A stretch of DNA of 63,972 nt, filler included, from Choristocarpus tenellus KU-1152 (Eukaryota; Protista; Phaeophyceae), in the NCBI GenBank assembly GCA_964200185.2. It is 10 parts of 10 records of this genome, joined end to end, with 100 filler letters (N's around TTAATTAATTAA, not from the genome) between each part and the next. Parts side by side here need not be neighbours in the genome. Positions count along the whole stretch, not along the records: positions 47,368 to 50,714 come from CAXNAD020020648.1; positions 50,815 to 54,770 come from CAXNAD020016944.1; positions 54,871 to 57,961 come from CAXNAD020022386.1; positions 58,062 to 61,269 come from CAXNAD020021533.1; positions 61,370 to 63,972 come from CAXNAD020026368.1; 5 more parts are not named here. The stretch is one strand, 5' to 3'. Within the stretch, counting starts at the first letter, position 1. Each line of letters opens with the position of its first letter. Below, one piece after another: positions 49,961 through 62,147 of the stretch. A program made the position numbers and the translations under genes. Below the pieces are notes generated by a model. That model was not told the origin of the DNA. It ran no database searches and saw only the letters and a list, made by a program, of their open reading frames with translations.

Positions 49961-52900
49961 ACAACCTGATAGGACTGGGTCGTGTTATGTAGTGTATGAG
50001 GACAACACAGGAGTCATCTATTTTGACTAACAACCCTCCTACTATGAGTTCTCTGGCAGGACTAAACACACAAACGTGGGACATCATTTCCTAAGGGACT
50101 TGGTAGCAAATGGACAAATAAGGATTGTTGATGTTAACTAAGATGAACACTATGTGTTGACTAAGCCTCTAGTAGAAGAATATTTTTGGAGGCAAGCAGG
50201 GACTTTGCTGAATTTAGACTACGTTTAGTGGTTTGTTTCTTCCTGAATTTGAATTTCGTTGTGTTTGTTTGGATTTCTTTTTTTCAGTGAGTTCACTAGT
50301 TGGATGTATTCTTCTCATATAGGATTTAATTTAAGGAGTCACCTAAAATCCAATATTGTACCTTGTCTGTTCTGAAGAGTTGTTCGAGCTAGGGAGGGTG
50401 TTTGATTAGACTCTTCCAACTCTATCCGATAGTTGTAGTATGATGTATATGGAGTGAGAGAAGAATCATTAGTGATAGGTTTGATCAGAACCTTTATTAG
50501 TGATTAGTTATATGAGAACATTTCTCATATAAAAGGAAATATTTATGATTTCATAAACTATATCATTCATTTTTGTATTATATCTATTTTTTTCCGTATA
50601 TCATATTTAAAAAAGTCAATTTCTTGATATTTGATATTCTAATTTCAAATGTGATAGTTTATGAAGTAAACTGAGTTTTGTGGGCGGGAGAATTCTGGTT
50701 GGCTGGGGGCACAGNNNNNNNNNNNNNNNNNNNNNNNNNNNNNNNNNNNNNNNNNNNNTTAATTAATTAANNNNNNNNNNNNNNNNNNNNNNNNNNNNNN
50801 NNNNNNNNNNNNNNACAACCCTCGGTAGTACACCTCTCCTTGAGGAGTACCTCCCGCAGTGCCTTTGCTAAGGGAGAAAATTTCTTGTTCTCCAAGAACC
50901 ACATGGCAATGTCATGCCATGTGTATCGATCGCCTTCACCCTCCTCTTCACCGTGTTCGTTGATGAGCAGGGAGTGGAGTAGTTTAAGGATAGCGTCTGT
51001 TTTGGCTTTCTTCCAAGATCGTAATGAACTTTGGTTATTTGGTCTGCCTGATCCTCTCTTCCTGATTGAAACAGGCAGTGAGAAGGACTGATCATGAGTA
51101 TGTCAGGTGTTAGGCGATGAGGGTGATAGCTGTGGATGGAGCAATGTGAGGTAAGATGGGTGGTTTGGTTCTGTAAGGGCTACAGGAACGTGGATGGTGA
51201 GTAGCCTCGAGAAAATCAAGGTGCAATTGAAGGAAGAGAGGATGCCGCATAAGTGTATTGGTGGCAACATGCAGACATGGCGAATTGAAAATATATTCTT
51301 TTCCAGGTGGTGTGCCAGCACAAGGACGGTAATAGGGAAGTTGAATCGGAGACACGGGTAAATGAGATAATGCGAATGTTAACATTAAGGGGTGGACCAG
51401 GTGTGTGGGTAAGATAGCAGCTCCACTCCCCAAGGTTGTATGTGGACGATCAGGGTTGCAGAGGGTGCCATACAGGAAATGCAGTCAAATATGCTGGATC
51501 TTTCACTTCGATTATTCACTTCGTAGCTTTCTTTGGGGTACAAATAGGACCAAACAACTATTAATTGCCAAATGTGTGGCCTCATGCTGACTAAATAATA
51601 AATCTAAAGTCACTAAGAACATACAAAATCTACGACTTCAAGGTCATGATGGCGTCTATGAAACCGCTATTAAGACGTCGTCTGTGACAGATGTATGTGA
51701 ATAATTGAGGGTATACCTGTGTAATTTACCTTGGGAGGTGATGCTATTTACTAGTAGTGAAGACAAGAAGATGTGAAGCCTGACACGATCCCCTTTGCTG
51801 AACGTGGAAAGAATGGATGGATGGAATTTGAAGATTGACCTTTGTGGGATGTCCTTTATTGCTTGTTTATTATTATTTGTCTCATACTTATGTCAACGGT
51901 TATGTCAGAGAATTCTAATTGCAATACCAAACTCCATACATAATCCAGATGTACTGTTTCACTAGTTTGATCACATGGACTCAATTCAATGCAATAGTCT
52001 CATATACACAAAATAAGGTACACCTCACTATTGTCATATTTTGCACACTCCTCCATGAGAGTGGAGGCAATGAAAGGGTTCCTGGAACTCTCAAACCTAA
52101 AACATCTTATTCTGCACAATATCAACAGCGGTACGAAAATTGGCGGTATAACTAAAAACGCTATTTTGATTTCACTCATTGTCAATCCCCCAAATACCAA
52201 GACTTGTTCGAGGCAAAAGTATTTGTAACTTGGCAGGTATCTATTTTAAGGCGGGACATGTGTCTCAAGGTGGAGACACTGCCAGGACAGGCACAAAGAA
52301 TCTTCCAGATTCTTGGGATTCTTACCTTTCCTTCCCACATTCGTAGGGCTAGGTTGGAGGCGTATTAGTGCACACTGGTTCTCAAGGACGATCTAGCAGG
52401 GGACCTTGTTGTACTACTGTTACTACAGTTTCTTAGAAAGATGGGGGTTGAAAGTGTGATCAATCTCCAATGAGAAGTTTTTGTAGGCTTGATCTTGGTC
52501 TTTTTCCTCCTCTAACGTATCTACAAAATGTTAGGGCATAAAAATAATATCATTTCGCCAATATCCAACGTGTTGTTGATGGGAATCTCCGATTTCTCCT
52601 GAAAATCGGCACTCTACCGATTTTTCGCCTGTAATGTTTAGTCCGGGTACTAAGGCACAGACCTTTTGGGTGGAGAAACCGTGACTGGGGGAGGATGTCC
52701 AGACGTATTCTTTGTAGAGGTCATGTCTTGTTTGGGCTGCAGGGAACTCATCTGGGAGAGAAGTGATGTGGTGGTTTGTGTTGTCAATTTGGTGTTGTCT
52801 TTTTTGGTGGATGTGTTTGTGTGAGGATGGTTTGGGGGTGGGGGATCCTCCACCGTGAACTCAATAAGAAAAACAATTGCATACTATATTTTTGACGAAA

Positions 52901-54870
52901 TATTTTTTCATTTGACGACCTATCACAAGAAAATGTGTACTGGTCAGTTGATAATGGATTATATGTTTGGAACAATTTGGTTTCAGTTTGATGAAAGGAG
53001 GAATTGAGTATCATATCTTGATGAAACAAACTTGCAATTTCTGCACTAACCTCTCCAGTTATATGATGGTATCGTTTAAGATATATTTTGGCTAAGCAGT
53101 ACACACATTAACCCAGATATAGAAATAAATCTTATAAATTCAGACCTAGCCAAAAACAAATATTCTGTATGTCAGGGACAGGTTCCTTTTTGGGGATCTC
53201 CGACACACACGTTATGTATAAGACGCGCGGTCAGATACAATTGCGCGCGCCAACCACGTCATTTGAGCTCATCCATATCGACCAGTCCAATAAACCAACC
53301 ACACCCATAATAAGATCCGGATTTGACCAAGCAGCCAAAATGGACTATCAGAACGAAGAATCATTCCGATTCTGACCGATCCATTTCTTTCCTGTGACGT
53401 TGCTCAGTCATACGGGAACATCTGTTGTGTTTTAAGGTTTTTTGTCTGTGCTGGATTTACTGATGATCTGTTATGAGATTAGACCTTGAAACTCGGTCCC
53501 ACCCTCTGAGGTGAAGGAGTTTCACTCCGGTGATTGTGATTGCCCCCTTGAACTGAGAACTTGGCACCTTGACACTTCCACATATACAACATAATAGTTT
53601 AAACTCAAAAGCTTTTGTAAAAAGTCCGTTAAGAACAGTCCAATGTGAATCAGGAAATCAGGTAAGCCATGAGAAATTTAGAAATGGGACTATAGTTGGA
53701 AAAAATAATGACAGTGTCGAAATTGCTTTTGAAAAAGTTGAAACAATATACCATTCAAACAGATATTGGTGAACTCTAAGGTTCAAATCGTTTTCTCTGC
53801 TGGTCGATGTTCTGTATTATATGTTTGGGCTCTTCACGACTACTACATCATAGTGTAGTGTTTGAGTAGTAGAGAAGGGAATATGTTGAGTGGTAGTAGT
53901 ATTAGTACCCACACTCGAGATAACACCTGATTTCTAGCGAGTAGAAACATCGGGGTTTCAACAAATTTTGACCTTTCACCAACAAATGTCAAGATTGAGA
54001 GTTGTGAGAGTGGGTTACGTGGATGTTAAGAGCTGTCAGAGCAGGTAATCTGGCCTGGGTATCATTACTCACTAGTAACTCCCATACCCTTGGGAACTAG
54101 TGACTATATAATGACGAGGGGAGACTAAAGACTGGTGACTGGGGTACTGGCGGCTGGGTACTGGCGACTGGAGACTGCGTACATGAACTTCGATTGTTGA
54201 ACAGAGTGCATTCGTCGGCAGTGTTGTGGAATTCTCTTGACCAACTTCAAGAATCTAGCAGGAGCAGAGAGAAACCTCTGGGTGAAGAGTAAAGGCAGAG
54301 CAGCGACACAGAGAGGTGAAATGTCTCGATCAAAACTGCAACACCCTCCAGAAAGCATTGGCTCCCTAAAACGCTAACAAAGGCTGTCCCAGCAGACCGT
54401 CCAGTCCATGATGCATTAGTCACAACTATATTGTTCAGGTCACGCTCCTGAGCAGTTAATAAGAACGAAATACGCAAGGACAAGGTTCAGCAACGATAAA
54501 TGTATTGCTTTTGTTTGAAATATGAAACCTTCAGTTCTCCACTCCCCCAAGTTCTTGCAAGCTGTGCGATGTGTGATACGCATATACCCAACAGTCAGTA
54601 GTCGTAGTTCCACTGTCTTTTATGGTGTAGTAAGTAGCACCACCTCTTTTTGTACCATATCATTCCTTTAGACATACTACAACCCAGCTTGTTAGAACGC
54701 TAGTAAACCTCTGTCGAATAACCTAGTGTTATCCTTACGTTGTTTGTGCTGACACAAGTATACAACATAGNNNNNNNNNNNNNNNNNNNNNNNNNNNNNN
54801 NNNNNNNNNNNNNNTTAATTAATTAANNNNNNNNNNNNNNNNNNNNNNNNNNNNNNNNNNNNNNNNNNNN

Positions 54871-55980
54871 GTCCAGGCAGTAGATTGGCAATCTTCACCC
54901 ATTGGTTCCCAAGCTCATTGTGGGCCTTGGCCATCACAGCTTTCTCGTCAGCACTCCACTCATTCTTGCTAACTTCCGGATCTGATGAAGTTGTTGGTGT
55001 TAAGAGTGGTTCAACAAGAGAGAGAGATAGAGAGAGAGAGAAGGATTGAGTTCACAATGTCTATTCCATCAAAATATGTGTATAATGTTCAGTGTTTGAG
55101 ATTTCTGGTGTGACTTACTCATCTTTTGGAGTTATTCTCTTTGTTCTCATTCCTAGTGATTCAAACTTAATTGGACCCAGGTCCCCTAAAAATGATAGTG
55201 TCCTTCCAAACCACTGCTCTTGGTCTAGCTTCATGTCCATGATGGGCAGTCTACCTGCATGTGGGATCAAAATCTGACTGCTAGGGAGGTTTGTTCTTAG
55301 AGTGGGAAGGTACTAAAATAGCCATGTTTTTCATTTGCGTAGGGAGTTAACGGAAAGGACATCAAAGGAATGTCCAATCACCGACTCACCCAGGCGATGA
55401 TACCATCTCTCGCGGCATTGCTTTGCAGATCTTGGCTTTATAGGGAACTGCTGCCTCAGATGACCCGTTATTACCATCCAGCTACACACACCGTCCACAT
55501 CAACAAGGCCGATGAGAGCATCATCCTCGTTTTTGGTCCATGAAAGGGGCCTGCGAGAAGACTAGACTACGGGAGTTGGATAGAAGAGGAAGAACAATCA
55601 ACTTGGCAAGTTTTGATCACTTTACACGGCGCAGAGAGTGAGCGCCTTATACCAGGGTATCTACACGTCCCCTGCCTAAGAGTAAAGCAAACCTGGGTTA
55701 CCTGATCGATAACAAATTATAGTTAGGGGCAATATTGCTGGAGAAGGGGGCAAGGCGACATAGAGCCTGCAGGCCTTGTCCCGAGAGTATTCGATGCAGT
55801 GTAAGGTCAAAGCATAGGAGACGGTGTTGGCATTACTTTGACATCAAAAAATAATCCCAAACCCTCGCATTGCAAAAGATCTAAGAAGAGCTAGGATCAA
55901 GAGTCTTTTCGCTGATATCTTCGAACACACCTCGCAGCATCGGCATCAGTGGGCATTACTGTGGACGGGGACCGTTCCAT
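54871..55980 (-). CDS. R2R3-type MYB transcription factor, 3'-partial
   Basis: Exons 55980-55931 (tentative), 55550-55390 and 54981-54871 (contig edge) join in phases 2 and 1. They give WTKNEDDALIGLVDVDGVCSWMVITGHLRQQFPIKPRSAKQCRERWYHRL-DPEVSKNEWSADEKAVMAKAHNELGNQWVKIANLLPG. Confidence 0.92.
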
Positions 55981-58900
55981 TTGCGCAGAGGATGTGTAAG
56001 CTAACTGAAACCTTGACCGAAAGAATCGAGGTGGTGCGCGCAGTCCGAATGAAGTGGATGCTCGACGTTGTGAGGGGGATATGTATCACCCTCTCGTGTC
56101 GGACCGACCCTTTCAGCTTAAAGAGGAACTTCGGACTGGGTCGATCGCCAACTGTGAGGGGAACGAATAAACGATGGGGGTGATATGGAACCAAGCTCAC
56201 TGGGTAGTTGTTGATAAAGTCGAATTCTTGCAGTAGCAGTGCTTTTAAGGTGGGTACCAATCTATGTGGATGCAAGGAATATCTTTTGAGTACATTCAAA
56301 ATGTTGTCGTTAAACTTATCATTATTTTACCATTGGAAAGGCTTTTTTCCTCTTCAAACATCAACCTCTACCCTACTTTGTTGATGAGAGGGACTACTCC
56401 TGGAGGGACGTCATCCAACACCAAGGTGTGATGCAGAGTGAAATCAACAAGGCACACACTTGAAGAGGTGTAAGAGGTAAGGCGGTGCGAACTCCTCACC
56501 ATTGTAGACAGGACAACACTGCAGTGGAAAGATTATGTATCTTGGAAGAGGACACGACCTCCACTCTTTTTCTTTATCTTGATTGTGATCAATCGTTAAC
56601 TGTTAGAGGCACTGATGCAATGATAAGGAACAGACCACGAACTGTGCATTACTCTCTGTTGATTGTCAAGAGAAATTGCCTGATGAAATGTGGAATGATG
56701 ACCCGCATGCTCACTCACTTCTGGTATCCTCCACATGTATAGAGTGCAGACTGAGGGGCTTAAGTTGCTGACAGTTCGCCAGGACATGAAGGTGGGGGCT
56801 TGGTTCGAGGAGGTTGGTGCCACGAATCCCCGTTAAGAAACCGTTCGGCACGGCAGAGTATTGGTAAGTATATTCGCAACGCATTTTTATTGAGCACACC
56901 GTTTTGACGATGCCAACACTAGAGGAGAATATACTATGGCACTATATTGGGGGATGAAAGGATCGTCAAGGGGCACACCGTTTGCTTCAATAGAGGCCAA
57001 GACCACAGATGAACGAGGTTTGCGCCATGAGCAACCTCATCTCCCATCGCTTCAATGCTACTCGAGACAAGTAGTCCTTGCGTTTTTGTGTGTCTGGACA
57101 AGTCCGTTAAAGAAGGGAGGGAGTTGTAATGTATGTGATCAATATCACTGCGTATACAGGTGTAAGGGTCGCGTTGACTGACCTTTGCAGAACCCAATTG
57201 CAGTGCCAACGAGGATAAATAATTTCCATTAAACCTCACACCACTTTGCCACAATACCTTGAACTAAGTAGCACCGTGCGACGTTTATCCAGGTGTAAAG
57301 TATCATCATGCCATGAGCCTCAGTGAGACCTTTGCGTTTGAGCAGCATACACTTTTTAATCATCTGGAAAGTGTAAGCAAGATCTATAGGTGCCTTCAAT
57401 TGCCTTTCTCCTCAGTGTGTGTGAGCACATATCAATTCCCATTGGTGCGCTGATCGCAAAGCAATCCGCGAATGTTGGGAACGAGATGTATTGATGTACA
57501 CACAAATTTCATCTGTTCAAAATGAATAGCTTTCATAGATCAATCAGAACAAATTTCGGCGTCTATCTGTTTTGAGGGGCACATTATTACAGTCAATTGA
57601 TGACCAGACGTAAACCTGCTCTCCCCCCTCCCATTCTCTCGACTCCCTTCCCTTCCCTCTGCAAAGGTTTGCACCTCTCTAACGATAACACAATGTGTTA
57701 CACATCAAGTGGAACTAACCGATAGCAAAGGCAGACTGCGGTAGATGTGCAGTGCCCCTTGGCAAAGGATGTCCTGGCAGCGGGTGTGTCCTGTGTCCCT
57801 ATTCCCAACGTAGGAAGATGCACTGGAGTATGATTGGTAGGGAATAGGGTGGTAAGACGTGTTTTGTTGGGGTAGGTGAACGAGATAAACTGTTAACTGT
57901 ACAAAGTGCAATGCAGCATTCACCCAGCTAGTCCCTTGTCTTACGCTGCACTCACTGTTTANNNNNNNNNNNNNNNNNNNNNNNNNNNNNNNNNNNNNNN
58001 NNNNNTTAATTAATTAANNNNNNNNNNNNNNNNNNNNNNNNNNNNNNNNNNNNNNNNNNNNCCCCACCCATCCAAATTCCCAGTATTTTCATCCCCCCCC
58101 CCCCCCCTCCCAGATACTTTGGGTCATGTGCGTTTGAGTGTGCGAAATATATAGAAGGATTGGAGAATGGTATAGACACAGCATAAATAAACTACTGTAA
58201 CGTGAGGTGCAGGGACCAAGCACACAAGGGGACGTTGCAAGGGACATATAGGAGAAAACGAACGAATACATTCGCCACGTGTTCGTCTGAGGAAGAGGAG
58301 AAGACACAAACACAGTAAACACAACAAACGGAGGGCAGATCACACTCTCTCTTTTGGTTGCGTTGATTGGTTGCGTTGATTAGAGTGCAGATCCCCCACC
58401 TCTCACCACCGTCTTTTCATTCATTGGAAGGCGCAGCTGAGGACCAGTCCTCAACCCTATACACCTCAAAGGACACCCTCAAGTAGGCCATTTGGAGTGG
58501 CAGGAGGTAGGTTGCAACAGTGATTTTTTTTGTCAAGAAGATTACCTACATTTTCCACTTTCAGTTGCTTTGAAAGGGGCCTTGTTGCACTAGGAACATC
58601 GATGAGTGCGAACAGAGGGGCGAACAGTGCAAGACAACCAACGAACATCATGATTCACTAAGGGTATCATTTTCAAACTAATTCAAATATATTCCTGAAG
58701 GGATGCTCACCTGCTCAGTATGCGCCACAAGGCGTAGGTAAAGGTAGGTGCCCTTACACGATCACTATCTCTGTGTATACGACCTTGGAGAAGCAGAGAG
58801 ATCACGTAGGTTGCAGTCGAGTGATTGAGGGCACGAAAAGGATGCTACCTACCTACTGCCGTATACTCACCTATCTATCCAGGCAGGAACATGCACTTCG

Positions 58901-60299
58901 CTCAGGGTCACTACAATCGCGCGTCTAACGAGTGTGTGAAAAACAGGTGACACTCCATCCCACCAGAAAAGAAAAGAGATCAGTGAGCAATTTTTATATT
59001 TTCGCTTGTCTACGATTAAGTGTCTTCATTATTGCCTGGGGACTATTCCGACTCGGTATCAGAGGCACTACACACTCGACTGCTTATCATAATAGCAACT
59101 GCACCTGTTGTCTTCTTTGTCATAATTAAATATAAGAAAAGAGTGCTGAAAACCTTAAAAATATCGGTTGTGAGGCTTCATTGTGGTTAGCCGAGTAGTG
59201 CACAAGATTTGAGGGAGGGGGGGGAGGAAGGAGGGGTGAGATGACTAAACCTAACCTGAGAGGAATATGTTTGGCACCCACTGACCAGTTATATTGTCGT
59301 TGCTGTTATTGTCTTCACTTTAGTCTGGAGACTATACTGACTTGAGGTCAGAGGAACTCTACGCTTCACCACCCCTCATACAGACTACCGTAACTGACTG
59401 CAGCACTACGACTAGATGTACTGTCTCCCTTTGTATCTTCCTTGCTTTTTACTAGTTTTAGCCATCCTACTGCTCGTCGCTCCGCCTCCTCTCTCAGATC
59501 TTGTGCTGACCCGTGTTGGCATGGTTCAGAATTGAAGCCGTAAGCCATGTAGGTCCTCCTCGTTATCGTTCTGGTATTTTTGACGTATGGGGATAGATAG
59601 GACAATGGTAGTACAGAATCTAGATGTACAATCCGTAGTGATTAACAGTTGGCTTCTGTATAGTTCAAGCCAGCTTTCCGTAAAAAAAGTCTTGCGTTGG
59701 AAGATTTTGGATCCCAAAATTCCCATCCAGGAAAAAGGCGCCTTACTATCCACTAAGAAGCAGCAATTGATATTGTTGTAGTAGCGGAATTAGTCGTAAC
59801 TTAACACGTTGATACATCCATAAAATCACGTATGTAACTAAATATTGACCAAAAAGACTCCTCTACTTACGACTTTTATAATTCATCGTCAAAATCACTA
59901 CTGTTGTTGATACTAATCACATTGGTTTGAGGGATCCAATCGATCGTCAACAAAAATATATCAGTAGTCTAAAGAAAGGAATACACACTAGTCTGAGAAA
60001 GTCAACAAGGACCATGACAAGAGAAGAAAGTCAAGCAGTCAAATAATAATACACAAAAAATGTGTCCGCCCTTTAGAAGCACCATCACCCAAAAATAATA
60101 TATGGGGATGAGAAGATCTAAAATTGAACATTGAATGGGTCCAAGAAAATCGTTCCCGTAATGAAATGAGTTAAAATAATAGGAAAGCAACATTCAACAG
60201 ACAGAGAGTGTTGGTGATGGTGTTACGGTGATTTGGTGGGCGTTAGCTCCTGCTTTTGTAGGAGGCGTACACCAATCAACTATCATCACACTTTCGTAG

Positions 60300-60570
60300 A
60301 GATGTAATTTTTCTATGAACTTTGTTGTGCTGGCAGCCACGCCCTCATCATACCACTGCTTCCTTTGCTGTTGTTGGTTAGTGCCTGTGGTGATTCTCTA
60401 ACCTTCAACCGTAATCAATCCCAAACTTCTCATCAAGATCGTCTTGGAGGCATATCTACCACCACCAGTAGTTCTTCTCCTGTTCACCTTGCTTCCATTT
60501 TCAGCCACAGCAAGCTCCTCCAACACTAACACCTTGTAGAGATGCTCACCTGTTCGTAGATAGTACACTA
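60300..60570 (-). mobile_element. Probable decayed LINE (non-LTR) ORF2 3' remnant
   Basis: HLYKVLVLEEL..GSKVNRRRTTGG..LMRSLGL..W...V....TKF, with a stop, resembles the post-RT C-terminal tail of algal LINEs. Recognition is from memory only. Confidence 0.4.
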
Positions 60571-61029
60571 TAGACACCATCGGTGGAGTAGATTAGGAAA
60601 TGCAGACACCACTAGTAGAGTAATGGAGGAAAGGTAGAGTCAGATATATGTTTCCGTATATTTCAGTGTTGGGCTCTTCACAACGTTTATGTATGGTAGT
60701 TCATGTATAAAAGCCGCGGGTCCAGTGTGGGATAGTTCAACATCACCCCCCCATGCATATGTGCTACTGACTAAGCAGATAGGAATTTCCACTTGCATAT
60801 AGTTGTCTTGATACTCTCACACCCAGTTTTCACTAGAAGAGCATCTTTGAAGGATAGGGCATGATCGGTCTAATCCCGTTTGCCAAATGCGATACGATGT
60901 GCAGGAGAAGTTGTGGTGATGATGAGAGCAAAGCTGCAGGTAGAGACAAGCCAGTGTAGAGACCCACCTGGACCCTTTGCATTCTAAGCCATCTCCCTCA
61001 CTCTGCGCAATACAATTTAATGTCTAAAT

Positions 61030-61221
61030 GCTCAAGTATCTGGGGGGGGTGGCGGCTGTCCATCTGGGGCCCATTGTTCCACGTCGCGATTTTTGGGTGA
61101 TTTGATTGCATGCGTCACATGAATATTGTGAGTTCATTTCTCCTGGTCAGGGTCCGAATGGATACCTTGGTGTAGACCCCCCCCCCGCCCCCCCGCCCCC
61201 CCCCCCAAGATACTTTGAGCC
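61030..61221 (-). mobile_element. MITE (~192 bp), same family as 48141-48318, opposite orientation
   Basis: Termini GCTCAAGTATCTGGGG...CCCCAAGATACTTTGAGCC with AAAT on both flanks. The interior resembles the reverse complement of the 48141 copy. Confidence 0.78.
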
Positions 61222-61456
61222 AAATGTGCACAATGGTGTACGCAAAATTGATACCCCCCCTTTCCATACNNNNNNNNNNNNNNNNNNNNNNNNNNNNNNN
61301 NNNNNNNNNNNNNTTAATTAATTAANNNNNNNNNNNNNNNNNNNNNNNNNNNNNNNNNNNNNNNNNNNNAATGGACAAACAGGGCAAAACTTGTACTCTC
61401 TAAGATACTTTCACCCATACCTTAGAATGTATGAAGTTCTATAAATGATACATGTT

Positions 61457-61652
61457 TTATGGAACACCTTTGCAGTGGAAAGTTTTGGGTGGCTCAATAA
61501 GCAAGCAGAAAGTTTTCTGGATGAGTTGGCTACGCACACGGTAGGGGGAAGAGGGGTGGGAGGCTACAGTAGGTAAGGAGCTGTCAAATCCAGTTTACAA
61601 CAGATAGTGGTCATCACAACGCAAGTGGCTCTACCAAGACGTGTCACGTGTT
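61457..61652 (+). mobile_element. Remnant of the restriction-like endonuclease domain of a CRE/R2-type non-LTR retrotransposon
   Basis: Translates as FAVESFGWLNKQAESFLDELATH..GG..*GAVKSSLQQIVVITTQVALPRRV with an internal stop. This fits the REL-domain pattern (AVESFG..G..A..F..EL). Confidence 0.6.
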
Positions 61653-62076
61653 TTACGGTAGAGACACCAGGGAGATGGGCAAGGAGGGGCCTGTCAGATT
61701 CTTGGGATGCTTTCCTAGCTCCTTGCCCTGTGGTGTAGGGTAAAGCTAGGTTGGAAGCATAGGAGGGGAGTGGTGTAGCATAGCTGGTAGTCAAATAGTA
61801 AACAGAAAAATATATTTTTCATATTTGGAAAGGTGTTACTTTTAGAGGAGTTCTTACGATACTGAAATGCTTTTCTTTGGTTTTTGCCCTGACACATCTG
61901 TAAAATGTCAGAGGGCATAATAATAATATATGTGTCTCTTTTTCGTTAATAGTGGGATACGTGAACTCTGTGGAGAATAGTTTAACCATGAAATATTGGA
62001 AGAATTATGAATTATGAATATGTTTCTACCTCATGATTGTTAATACTCAATGATTTTTTAGAGAGTATGAAACAGG

Positions 62077-62147
62077 GCGCCAGTAGTTCAGTGGTAGAAT
62101 ACGTGATTGCCATTCACGTGGCCCGGGTTCGATTCCCGGCTGGCGCA
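62077..62147 (+). tRNA. tRNA-Gly(GCC)
   Basis: 71 nt. Acceptor stem GCGCCAG/CTGGCGC, D arm GTTC-AGTGGTA-GAAT, anticodon arm CGTGA-TTGCCAT-TCACG, T arm CCGGG-TTCGATT-CCCGG, discriminator A, no encoded CCA. Confidence 0.97.

Larger units (their letters stand above)
47368..50520 (+). mobile_element. Decayed Ty1/copia LTR retrotransposon (integrase C-terminus, RT, RNase H, PPT, start of 3' LTR)
   Basis: AIGSKWVLKWK, HLDVEQAFVQ, LYGLKQASRTWN, LAVHVDD, TRPDVANAV, YADTDFA, STAGAEYIA, YEDN and RTKH appear with stops and frameshifts. Purine tract AGGGAGGG (50391-50398) is followed by TG at 50399. Confidence 0.93.

Noticed and set aside
50814-54770. Short ORFs in this contig
   Set aside because: No recognisable motifs or consistent exon chain. 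Probably intergenic DNA with decayed repeats.
5426-61369. Recurring palindromic TTAATTAATTAA as a biological repeat or array
   Set aside because: Always centred in N runs totalling ~100 bp. It is an artificial six-frame-stop contig spacer.
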